Positions 17,881-29,950 of a stretch of DNA of 64,000 bases are shown here, piece after piece. The stretch is from Azolla caroliniana. Its lineage: Eukaryota; Plantae; Polypodiophyta. How positions within the stretch are numbered: the stretch's first letter is position 1; every line of letters starts with the position of its first letter. The stretch lies in NCBI GenBank assembly GCA_043228905.1, contig JBHGNT010000007.1, forward strand, positions 15,748,001 through 15,812,000, read 5' to 3'. The notes below the pieces were generated by a model. It made no database searches and was not told the origin of the DNA. It saw nothing but the letters and a program-made list of their open reading frames with translations. A program made the translations under genes and the position numbers.

Positions 17881-19827
17881 AATATGCCTATCTAATAGGC
17901 TAGGACCGTAAGCCTCTAACGGCCTACTGGTTACACACGGATCCGAATACCAATCCGGCTCCCTATTCCGGACACCGATCCAGTTGTTGGTTCCAGATGC
18001 CGATCCAGCACTTGGTTCCGGATACCAATCCGGATCACGTTGAGCTTGTCCGCTCAACAATGATGCATGTGGACTTTGAGATTTGTAATGGAATGGAATA
18101 TAGAATTGTAGTGGATTTGTTTTACTATTTGAACTCACATGTTAGACAAAATGTTGAGCGAGCAAGCTCAACATGATCCGGATTAGCTGAATAAACCAAG
18201 AGCCCAATCGGTATCCAGAATGAAGAGCTGGATCGGTGTCCAAATCTGAGTGTCACCAGTAGGCTGCTAGAGGCCTACGATTCTAGCCTAGTATGTAGGC
18301 ATATTTTTAGGAGTCAATGTCAGTCGCTCGGTATGAGCATTGAAGTACATGTCAGTACTTCTGTCAGTCCTTTAAGGACTTGTATAAGAGTGCTCATTGA
18401 GCACATTGTATGTACAAAGTAATTTTTTGAATTTGGGTTGATGTTCTTCTCTCTCTCTATCTCTTCTGTGTAATCTTAGTGTATTCTCATAGCTTCCATT
18501 AAATCTGCACATATCATTTGTTGATATCTGGTGAAGTCAATTTTGTCCACGAGCTTCTGCACGTAACTCTTTTCATGGTATCAGAGCGCGAGGGTTAGAA
18601 CATCCTCTATTGCTGACAAGAGCTTTCGAAACAGACGAAAACCTAACTTCTAGTAAAGAACAGACAGAAGAAGGAATTGGAAAGAGGAATGGATAGCTCG
18701 TTTTCGATAGAGAAGATCGATAGAAATAACTACGCATCTTGGTCATACGAGATGCACCAGTACTTGCTCGGACACGGATACTAGAGCTATGTCGAAGGAG
18801 CGAATGAAGTAGTGCCAGAGTCGGCACACAAGGACTTCCCAGCATGGGAGAAAGGAGCGAGTAGAGTATTAGACTACCTTGTGTCCTGTGTGCACAACCA
18901 GATCCTCAACTACATTAAGGATGCAAAAGCGCCGAAGGACGCCTGGGAAAATCTGAAGAAGATTTTCACAGCAAGCACCACTGCTCGGAAGTTGTAGCTC
19001 CGACAAGAGCTCAACAACATCTGACAATGGGATATGTCGGTTACCAACTATACCACCAAAATAAAGGAGATATGTGATGGGATGGGGTCCATGAACGTGA
19101 TGACGAACAAAGAAAAAATGGTCCAGATCTGCCTTGGTGGTTTAGTGCAAAGGTACGAGCCTATCCGGACGACGATTTACACTTGGGAGAATCCACCGTC
19201 CTTCTTCGACTTGCAATCAATGTTGATGGTCGAAGAAAACCACGTGAATGGGTTGAGGACCACTCAATCGGACATCCGGTTGTTGTACACGGAGGTGGAT
19301 CGGCCCCGTGGGTGTGGAGGACGAGGTGGATCGATAGGCAACAACAACGGCCGGCAAGAGTAGAATCGGAGGCATATAGATAGTGCCGATAGCAATTCGG
19401 GACCCTCCACAAGCAGGGGGAGTCAAAGCGGCGTCGGAAACCGGCAATCGAAAGCCAATACGGAATGCTGGTACTATGGCAAGAAAGGCCACCGAGAAAG
19501 TGAGTGTTGGAAGAAGCGCGCCGATTCGGATAAATCCAGATTTGGTAAGGCCAGACAAGGGAATCAATAGAGCTCGCACTACGGAGAAGGATCAGAAGGA
19601 TCCGGAACCGAATGTTATTGGTTTTAGGGTTAGGGTTAAGGACGATGACGATGATGAATGATAACTATGATGATTGGTAATGAAGATAGACATGGTGATG
19701 GAGAGTATGATGGTGAGAGAGATCATATAGAGAAGCATTTCAGGGTGGGGGGTGGTGCCTAGAATGGCCCTAGCCCCCTCCCAAGGGGTTCAACGGTAAA
19801 GGGGAGAGAGAGAGGGAGAGAGAGATG

Positions 19828-19862
<35 letters not shown>

Positions 19863-20149
19863 AGAGAGAAAAATGATCATTCATGTTTCATTCATTCCCC
19901 ATAAGGGGTTAAATAGTACAAGAGGGGGTAGATACATAGGGGTGTAAGCCCCATTGAGCATTCATACTGGACACTCACTCACACCTCCTCGTATCCATCC
20001 ACATGCACACACGTGTGCATGTGTTCACATACGTATAGACTCACAACTACATTTATGCCCCCTACACATACACAACAACATCATGATAACATTCGACCCT
20101 CGCTCATCACACTTGACTCTCCGTACATCTCGTATGGGGTAACACAATA

Positions 20150-20190
20150 TGGCACGCCCGTGGGAAAGTGCCTTGCACGTCGATCCCACA
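20150..20190 (-). other. tRNA-Arg(UCU)-like 3' segment at the PPT position of E2
   Basis: Minus strand TGTGGG ATCG ACGTGC AAG GCACTT T CCCAC GGGCGTGCCA, 5 nt from the LTR. Confidence 0.85.
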
Positions 20191-20785
20191 TACCTTGATG
20201 ATGATATTTCTTCGACCGGAACTTCCATTGGTCCTTTCATTGATCGACTCCCTCGATCGGAGTGCTTGACTTGAACATCTTTGTCGGTCAGCAAATCTTC
20301 CGCGACACGAACATTCTCGTTCTGTCGACTTATGAACTTCGTAAAATCATTTGGGTCGTCAAAAATACGTTGTATGTATGTGTGTTCTTCCTTTAATTTT
20401 TGTGTGGGTTGTAGTGGTCGATCACGTCCATTTCTTTAGGTGGATAAGTTTTTAAATTTAGGTATTTTTAGCCTCAAATTTTCTAAACGAATGACAATGC
20501 CCTTAGGTTTTGAAAACTGTATATGTACCCTTATGTTTTTATAAAATTATGTACCCTCAAGGTTTTTATAATTATATTCGATACCCCTATCTCCTTTTTC
20601 CCCCTCTCTTTTCTTTCGTTCTTCATTCCTTTTTTTTTTTTGTTTTGTTTTGCCTCTCCCGCTCTTTTCTGTCTCTCCATCTTTTTCCTGTCTCTCTTCT
20701 TTCTCTTCCTGTATGCGGATCTCGTCTTGTCTTTGTCAGAGACAGTTCTTGTTTCTCTCTCTTCTGCGTCCTTCTCGTTCACGAT

Positions 20786-20851
20786 TCCTTCTCTTTCTCC
20801 TTCTCCTTCTTCTTCTTCTTCTTCTTCTTCTTCTTCTTCTTCTTCTTCTTC
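20786..20851. repeat. (TTC)n microsatellite inside E2
   Basis: About 15 TTC units preceded by TTCTCC variants. Confidence 0.95.
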
Positions 20852-23800
20852 GCATTTGTCTTCTCTCTTCTTCTTCTACGACCACCACTATTTCTTCGTT
20901 GTGTGTCCATTGCTTGTTCTACGTCTGTCCATTTTTCAGCACATCCAATCACCGCCACTTCATCCGACAACCTTCTTACAATCGGACCTCCGGTTCGGCC
21001 GCTCTAGCCGTTGTCTGGCCGCTCCCTGTCACCGTCTTTGTCCTACATGTCTCTATTTCCGTCTCTGGCTCCATTGCCGTTGCCGTCTCCATCTATTGTC
21101 ATTGGCTGACTTCTCTATCGTCGTCAACGACCTTGTTGGCCGAGGTTCATTGCTTGACTGCTCTATTCGGTCTTCATACGGATGACGTTAGACTACCGTT
21201 GTGGCCGTTGTTGTCCGGCCATTCAGGCTCTCCGGCTCCTGTCCGACCGCTCCCGACCATTCTGTGCACTCCGACTGTTGTCCGGTCAGTTTGGCCGCTC
21301 TTCGTTTTCCGATCCGGAGTCCTATTTGGCCCATTTCGACGTGTCTATAGCCGTTGCTCATCCGTCTCTGTTCGGGCCTGTCTGGACACTCCGGCCGCTT
21401 CTCCATTTCTGTCCCGTGTCGCCATTCTGGTTGTTATCGACCGTTCTTCCGCTCCTATCCGGTCACACCGGCTTCTCTTTTGCCGCTGTGCAGCCACATT
21501 GGCCACTTTTGTGCATTCCGGCCGCTCATCTAGATGTCTGTCCGTTGTCTTTTGGCTGTGCGTCTGGTTCGTCTTCTCGGTCATTTGTCCGGTTCTTTCC
21601 TACCCGTTTTGTTTTGATATTGTGTAGTCAGTTGTCCATGTCTTTTGGGCGTTGTCAATTTTTCTAGTCGTCAATGTCTCGTCAACGACAACGTCTTCTT
21701 CTCTGTCTACGTTGGCCCTTCTATGTTAACCAACTTTGGTTCTGGTTCCGATTCCGGTTCCGACTCTCTCTGTGTTGCTTCGTTTGGAACCATCTCTCGT
21801 GCATTCTCAGCACATTTTGCCGGCCTTCGCTCCACACACTGTGTCTTCCACTGCAGTCTCTGGGTGGGCTTCTCTTTCCGGTCGTGCTGGCGCCGGTTCC
21901 CTCTGCGTCGCTGTTTGTCCAGCCGTGCATCTTGCACCACGCATTCGAAACACACACATTGTCGCAAACCGCTTTCGGAACCACGCACATTGACACATTG
22001 ACTCGGACAAAACGTTGTTTCTATTTCTCGTCCACTTGCACAGATTTTCACCGAACATTGTCGTCATCATTTGCACGTTTCCGCCATTTCTTGCACTTAG
22101 TCGCTATGGCTTGCCCATCCGCATATCATTCTTCGACTCCGTCTCCAAAGGGGGGTCGCCTTAGTGGTCGCCAAAAGGTGTTGGTTGCTACAGCCACTGT
22201 CCGACTATTCCAACCGTTCCGATTGTTGCCCAGCTGCTCTTCAGCCGTTGTTCGGCCATTCCGGCCGCTCTTCAGCCGTTATCCGGCCATTCCGACTGCT
22301 CTCCGGCCGCTCTGCTTAGGCTGCTGTCGGTTGGTGATGACCATTCCTGACGCCTTTCTCATCGTCGCCAGCCCTGTCCGGTCGGCCTCCAGTCGCATGA
22401 CCGCTCTGTTCAGTCGTCACTATCCGAGCGTTCTTCTGGCCTCCGTTTTGGCCGCGGTTCGGCTGTGTCTAACCATTCTATTCTTGGCTATTGTGCATTA
22501 GTTGGTCGTTGTCCGTCTTTGACGATATCTTTCCGGTCCTTCATTCATTCTTCCGTCCATCCGCCCATTCGTTCGGCCATTTCCGACCATCAAGTCGTTC
22601 TTCAACGGTCTTTGTCTCTTTGCATATTTGTCACTGTTGACCTTGTCTGACTGTCTTCGTTCATCCATGCCTGGTCGCTGTTGGTCGTCATAGTCGTTAT
22701 CTTTGTTGGCTCTGTCTGGCCGGTCTCTTTCCACTGTTCGACCCTCGGTTTGGCCGCCGCTTGCCGGCCTCTCCGGTCTTTTCTGTCTATGCCTCGACCG
22801 CTGTCAAGCTGCCACTCCGTTGCGGACTCCATCACCGTCTCTGTTGGTTTCCGTCCATTCGAGTTCGCGTCTGTGTCTCTTCTCTGTCTTCTATGGTCCT
22901 TTGGTGTTAACCAACTCTGGTTCTTGTTCCGATTCTGGTTCCGACTCTCTCCGCGTTGTTTCTTCTAGAACCATTGCCCGTGCATTCTCAGCACATCCTG
23001 CCGGTCTCCGCTCCACACATTGCGACTTTCTCTGCAGTCTCTTGGTGGGCTTCTCTTTTCGGTCGTGCTGGCACCGGTTCCCTCTGTGTTGCTATTTGTC
23101 CAGCCATGCATCTTGCACCACACTTTTGAGAACACGCACATTGTCGCTAACCGCTTTCGGAAACACGCACATGGACACTAATCGCAACCTCGCACAAACA
23201 TTGTTGCCATTCATGCATTCCTCCATAGACTTCTTCCAACATCTTCACCGTCATTTTCGTGTTTCGCCATTTCTTGCACTTAGTTGCTATGGCTTGCACA
23301 TCCGCGTATCATTCTTCGACTCCGTCTCCAAAGGGGGGTCGCCTTAGTGGTCGCCAAAAGGTGTTGTTGGTTTTAGGGTTAGGGTTAAGGACGATGATGA
23401 TGATGAATGATAACTATGATGATTGGTAATGAAGATAGACATGGTGATGGAGAGTATGATGGTGAGAGAGATCATATAGAGAAGCATTTCGGGGTGGGAG
23501 GTGGTGCCTAGAATGGTCCCACCCCCCTCCCAAGGGGTTCAACGGTAAAGGGGAGAGAGAGAGGAAGAGAGAGATGACAAGAGAGAGAGAGAGAGAGAGA
23601 GAGATTAAGAGAGAAAAATGTTCATTCATGTTTCATTCATTCCCCATAAGGGGTTAAATAGTACAAGAGGGGGTAGATACATAGGGGTGTAAGCCCCTTT
23701 GAGCATTCATACTGGACACTCACTCACACCTCCTCGTATCCATCCACATGCACACACGTGTGCATGTGTTCACATACGTATAGACTCACAACTACATTTA

Positions 23801-26800
23801 TGCCCCCTACACATACACAACAACATCATGATAACATTCGACCCTCGCTCATCACACTTGACTCTCCGTACATCTCGTACGGGGTAACACCGAAGAGACT
23901 GGAAAAGGGCCAACCTTCATGATGAAGCACGAGGTGAACTTGATGAAGAAGACCACTTCCAAATTGGAGGAGGTGTGATACGTTGACTCTGGAGAGTCTA
24001 ACCACATGACGAGCCACGAAGAGTGGTTCTCGCTTGGAAAACCGGAGCAACCAGGAGTTGTTGAAACCGGAGACGACACTCCGCACCCGATCGAACATGT
24101 CGGAGAAGTTCCCCTCAACCATGTTGGACAGAAGGGGGAGCTTATGAACGTGCTTCACGTCCCGACAATCACAAAGAATTCTCTTGAAAGGAGTTTATGT
24201 ATAGTTGTGGTTGATAAATGTTCCACGAACCCATGATCTGAGGTTCTATAGAGCTGTTTTTTCCTTAGCTAAGTCATGATAGTGAAGTTGCTGACAAATA
24301 GTATCAAGAAGGCTTGAGTCAAGTGGCGTGACATAAATTGTTGCATGTAGCTTTGATGGTCCTAGGAGAATTTACTTTTGATTCTCGAAGGCTGGATCTC
24401 CAGTTCAAAGTGGCAGATATGAACATATGATTTGATGAGGTGATCCTTCCAAGAAATGTCACCATTGCTCGAAAGAGTTGACCACAAATAGTAACATCCT
24501 CAACTTACTATACAAGTTCGGAATGACAGAGTGCCAACTTGTGTCTACCCCTCTCGATTGAAATCTCAAACTCAATGCCGATTTGGGAACAGAAGAGTGC
24601 GAGCGGACTCAGTATCGACAACTGATCGGTAGCCTAATCTATCTAACCATCACCAAACCCGACCTCAACTACTCGGTCGGCCTACTTAGCCAATTCATGC
24701 AGAATCCTCGAACTGTTCATCTCGATTGCTCTAAGAGGGTACTTAGGTACGTCCGTTGGACGATGGATTTTGACATCATATACAAGTTAGATGCGATCAT
24801 TCGGTTCGAAGTGTACACGGATGCAGACGGAGCTGGCTATAAGGCCGATAGACAATCAACGTTAGGTTTTGTCTTCTCCCTCGGCAGCGGACCGATCTCA
24901 TGGAGCAACAGAAAGCAACCGATAATCACACTGTGGAGCACAAAGGCCGAATATAGGGGCACGACAATCACCTCATGCGAGGCCATCTGGTTGAAGCATA
25001 TATTGAAGGATTTGGGTGTTCCCATCAAGGATCCGATTATCCTATACCGCGACAACATAAGCAATATCTACCTGGTTCGGAACTCCGTGTTCCACATGCA
25101 GACTAAGCATATCAAAGTGCACTATCACTTCATTCGTTAACACGTTCAGGCTGGAGATGTCGATTTACAACACATCAACACGAATCTATAGGTAGTCGAC
25201 ATCTTCACAAAAGCCCTGGGTGTCGATAAGCTACGATAGTTCGCAACGAACCTTGGTCTATCGATCCCCGACTAGCCGTGCTTGAGGGGGAGTACCGAAA
25301 AACAACAATAATCGCTGGTCAAACAACAACCGATTAGTCGATCAAAACGACCAGAGGAGTCGAAGTACGATGATAATTGAGCCGAACAAGGAGCACGAAT
25401 CAATCAAAATCGCAAGCCGTGTCAACTAACCTTCTGAAAGCCGATACAACCGAATCGAAGATTTTCGAGGATCGAACCGAACCAACTTTTTGACATCCGG
25501 AAGTTGTGTTCGAAGGGGCATGTTGAGAATCGAACTCAACTTCCCATAGAGATAGTGTTCACACTAGTTAGTGGACAATATACTAGGCTAGATTTGTAAT
25601 TAGTAGAAAGGGCATTTGCCCTAGACTAGTTGGTATTTAAACCAACTCTTTATAACTTAATTGTTGTTGGATGTAATTCTATTTTTTATTAATACAACTT
25701 CTTGTTCAAGCTCTCTCTCTTTCTCTCTGTGTTGCCTTTCGTGTACTCACACACAGAGAGCATAACACCACCTACGTCTCACCTTCTTTACAGGAATAAA
25801 TATAACCTAACTTCTCTACTAGACAAGTTATGGTAGTTGAATCATATATATATATATATCGTGGAGTCACTTTTAGTCTCTCGGTCAAGTAAAATTTCAA
25901 TTACACAAGCATCTATGGCACAAGTAGGCCATGATAGATTAATAAGAGTATATGCGTTCCTCTCACTCTTAGAGAGACAATGCCGTAAGGTATACTTTCA
26001 AGATCCATAAACAAAGGGGTGGCTCTTGGACTCATCAATGACCCATTCCCTCATGTATGCGATGATGGTTTGGGCTGTTAGGTTCACGGTCATGCAATAG
26101 ACATTAAGAAGATAAGGGAAAGTGAGTTACTTCACCTAGAAGTTATGGTCGATATACCATCTAGATAGAGACCAATTGGCCACATTCACATCAAAACCCT
26201 TCAACCCCCTGTTCCTTTTCGAGAGACTTGGATGGAAATGAAACTAACCTCAACACATAGTTATTCCTTTATAGAGCATACTACACCCCATCACGGTTTT
26301 GGACCATACTATAACTATTCTATTTATATTCCCCTTTCCCCTTTTTATTTTTATTTTATTGGGCTAGGATAGCGTATAGATTGACCAATCCTGAATAACT
26401 TTCGAAGATGGGCCTTGGATTTTTATAGATAGACTTCAGATGCTAAGATACAATATCGGGAGGGAAATAAGCCCATGTATGGATGAAGCAAATTAAGTTT
26501 GAATACTAGATTTTACAAGAGTATATTTTAGATCATGAGGTGAAGTTGCAATTATTTACAATTGGAGGACTATATAAAGCACTGCATTAGAAGATTGCTT
26601 ATCAATAGCCCTTGGACATGAACATATGAAAAATCTATTGAGTGTTGGCATAAAAGGCCGAATCCTTCCACTTTGTAACCATAGTGTGAACACGTCCTCT
26701 AGTTAAGGCTTTAGTATATAAGATCAACCCTAACATTGTAATAATAATCTTCTTGAATCTTTGAGTGTAGAGTTATAGTGAGAAAGCGAAATAAGAACTT

Positions 26801-27364
26801 CCATTAAGCTCCAAATCTGTGTCGATCTACTATTTCCTGTCTTGTTGCATATTCTTTGTTGTTCGGTCGACAATAACTATTGCCGACACAATATATGTCG
26901 AACGTGCTCACTGAACGTTCTACCAATGAATTGTGGTTTAGACAAATAGATACTAAAATGGTTGTAAATTTATCGATGTTAAGCATGCATCGAGATCGCT
27001 ATTTACGTAATAAGTTATGACAAAAAGGAAATAGATTGACAGAGCGTTTCGTACACAGAGATTTCCTAAACTAACTTTATACTACTAAATAAAACGATGT
27101 TTCTTTACACTGCCTTCGGTTCCTTTTATAGGCAACCGGAAGGACTTCCTCATCAAGAAAACATATTGCCAAATAGGCAAGAACTACAAAATCTCTAACT
27201 AACTATAATTTCGGTTTTTGATTTACTACGGCAAATGCTGACTCATGGATCCTCTATACTGATCCGACTCCGACTCCGAACCTTCTACATTTCCGAATCT
27301 GACACTTCTCCACTTGTTTCTACATTTCCGACTCCGACACTTCTCCACTTGTGCGGGTAACACT

Positions 27365-27404
27365 TGGCATGCCCGTGGGCCAGGGCCTTGCCCGGCGAAC
27401 CCAC
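27365..27404 (-). other. tRNA-Arg(UCU)-like 3' segment at the PPT position of E3
   Basis: Minus strand GTGGG TTCG CCGGGC AAG GCCCTG G CCCAC GGGCATGCCA, 2 nt from the LTR. Confidence 0.8.
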
Positions 27405-27414
27405 GGTACCCAGT

Positions 27415-29950
27415 CTACTCCTGTTGATCCGACGTAAGGTCCTCGTCTAACTTGTCCTCCGCGTCATCTTGCAGAATATCGAACAATGAAGGTTCCGGTT
27501 GGTGCATGTCTTCTTCATCTTCGTATTTGGTTTCTGTAACCGTGTTTGTATCTTCAGTTGATGGTCTTGGTTTCTCTATTTCCGGTGCTCCAAGTCCTGG
27601 GGTCTAGTTTCACCTTTCTAATTCAAGGTTATCTAGCTGGACAACTGTGTCGACATCGTGTTTGTCGAATTCTTGCATAATTCGACTAACTTCTTCTCGG
27701 TGACAAGCTGCTATCTCATACAAGTCTTTAGCAATATCCTCTTGAACAGTTGACATTGCCTCTTCTGTCATTTTAAAGAAACCTTGGCCGTGAGCCTTCC
27801 TATTGTCTCTATCGACCCGTAACAACTGAAGTTCGGCTGCTTGTGCCGACCAGGTTTTCCAGCCCTTATCGATGGACTCATTCACCATTTTCAATGTGTT
27901 AAGCTTATGGCGTTTTAGGATAGCTCGAATTTTTTCCTCGGTTATACTTGCCTGAAACTGTGCTGCTACCAATGTTCTTCGTAAATCATCAATTTGAGCA
28001 TTATTTTCTGCTTCTGTTTGCAACAGCTTGTTTTGCACGAGTAATAGCTCAAGTTGCCTTTTTTCAAACACAACTTCCACTTTTGAACACCGTCTTTCCA
28101 GAATTGCCCTATCTGCTTCCCATTCTTCATGCTGTTTGTTATATTTTTCGTTGATTTCATTAAGCAAGGTGTCTTTTCCAACCATCTCTTCTGCAAAATA
28201 TTCTGTTTGTACATTTACATATTCTTCAACCTCCTCCACTTGCTCAGCATTTTGGCGCGTGGCTTCCTGTTGCTGTGCTAACTTTCGGTGCAGCTGTTGA
28301 ATTAATTCATCCTTTGCATCGAGCCATTTTCCGATTTCTGCCTTTGCCAGTTGTATCCGATCCTCCAGTTTCTTGGATCAGATTTCAGCTTTTTCGACTC
28401 TAGCTTCGGCCGCCTTGAATGCTACTTCTACTTGTTGTAGCTTTTGTTGCAATTCTTTATCAGCCTCCAAAGGTCTGCTTGACTCCTTCTACAATAGTTC
28501 ATCCCTTGTTTTCTGCAGTTGGTCTTCTGTTTGTAGGAGTTGTTCTGTCAACTGTAGGTTTTCAGTTTTCATGTTTGTACATTGTGCATGTAGCACTTCG
28601 GACGCCGCTACTGATATTTTGTATAAATCAGCCATATCTTTGGCTGGTCAGGTGGCCTTTTCATATTCTCTATGTACTTCTACTAGAGCCTCATGTAATG
28701 GTGGCATCTGTATAGCCTCGCCCCTGTTTCTCGCACTACGTTTTCGGCTTGATAGCTCCATTCAATGATTTTTGGATCATTATTTGATCCTGGTGCTCTT
28801 GTGCCATTCTTTCCGATACCTCTTGTAATCTTCATGCTAACCATTCTACTAGCTTGTACGATGTTCCGAATTGTAGAATAGCTGCCAGTTCATGTGCCGC
28901 TGGAGGAATGTCGGCAAAGCCTATTGCTTCTCTCATCGTTGTTATTGACGATTGCCCTTTCTGAACTTTGGTCGTGTCATTAGGATTGAGCCGAGGTATT
29001 TGTGCACTCTATGTGGCTTGATCGTCGACTCTTTGTTTCTTCTGTACAAGCTCTTGTTGAGTTTGAGAAAATCGTTGGGATCTTTGTTTCATCCTTCACG
29101 ACCGTTCTGTTGATTGTTCAGTTCCGACAGGTGTCGATTTTTGTTGTGTTTGTGACTGCAGTGGTGTAGTGGTCCTGGGATCTGATTGTTATCCAGATTC
29201 TGGCTGCGTGGCCGCTTGTTTTTGAGGTTGTGGTGAGGCCGGTTGTTGTTCGGGTTTTGATTGAGTGGTGTCGACATACGTTGATTCTTCTTCCTGCCAC
29301 TCTTCTCGTTGCACTTGTCTTCGGGGTCGGGGTGGTTGTGGCCGTGGTGGCCTTTGTTCTTGCGGTTGGCTTTTCGATATATGAGACGGAAACAATACTG
29401 ACAACCACCGAGCAAATATTAGTTTCATTGGTTTCCCTTGCTGCACCCCATACAGTTGCTCTCGTAGAGCGTTTGCTAACAGCAACCCCCAATAAAAAAT
29501 TTCACCCTCGTATGTGGCTATTATGACTCCGGCTTGCTTCTTGGGCATACAATAAAACTGGGGACTTACAAACCCTACTTCCAACAAAAATCTGGTGACT
29601 TCATGAAAAAATTCATCGGCGCCTCCTTGCATTTGAAAAGCCTTCGCAGAGGGAGAATATTCCCCGAAATATGACCTGAGCACATCTTTGTCCATTTTCT
29701 GGATAGCACCGAAACCTTCTCTTTTGAAATCCAAAACAGAACGTACCTTTTTATTGGTGATTTTGGATACGTCGATTTGTTGCAGGATCTCTGTAGCACG
29801 AGGGTGAGGTTCTACCTTTGCAACTTTGATGAAACGTTGCAGGTTTTTGTTGATGAGCCATTGTCGCAAGTTGTCAGAAACATAAATCGCCATATTGTCG
29901 TCGTCGTCTGATGAATCAAAGTTCTGTGTTGGAGGCGAAGAGAGCTTCAA
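27415..29950 (-). pseudogene. E3 ORF2, homolog of E1 ORF2
   Basis: Shared blocks (L/A)RQWL..YFGEYS.S.KA..QGG..GFV.P..IAT(Y/F)EG and W..QAAELQ(L/I)LR.D..NRK..G.GF(F/Y)KM.EE; broken by stops/frameshifts. Confidence 0.88.

Larger units (their letters stand above)
15783..18059 (-). mobile_element. Copia C1 (5' LTR, PBS-Met, decayed gag), truncated by the LTR ending at 15782
   Basis: PBS GCTCTGATACCA at 16814-16825; gag MSVTDYTTKIKEI and a zinc knuckle; LTR 16826-18059 with a ~305-bp duplication and an inserted solo LTR. Confidence 0.85.
19613..23889 (-). mobile_element. E2: non-autonomous LTR element sharing the cis-signals of E1
   Basis: LTRs 19613-20144 and 23362-23889 (~530 bp, few differences); TSD CCGAA; minus-strand PBS TGGCGACCAC 23347-23356; tRNA-like segment 20150-20190; no gag/pol motifs seen. 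Confidence 0.92.
18152..25792 (+). mobile_element. Copia C2, decayed and apparently chimeric, interrupted by E2
   Basis: 5' LTR 18152-18575, PBS TGGTATCAGAGC 18576-18587, gag, protease YVDSGESNHM, then RT end/RNase H (YRQLIGSLIYL..TKHIKVHYHFIR), PPT GAAGGGGCA and a different LTR 25521-25792; no shared TSD. Confidence 0.8.

Noticed and set aside
19622-19641. Telomeric repeat TTTTAGGGTTAGGGTTAAGG
   Set aside because: Only 2-3 units, present in both E2 LTRs; at most a telo-box, not a telomere relic.
20510-23347. Long ORFs inside E2 (up to 325 aa)
   Set aside because: Low-complexity CT-rich sequence open in several frames on the antisense strand; no domain motifs.
25793-26642. Unassigned spacer between C2 and C3
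   Set aside because: No ORF, terminal repeat or motif I could support; probably old TE debris.
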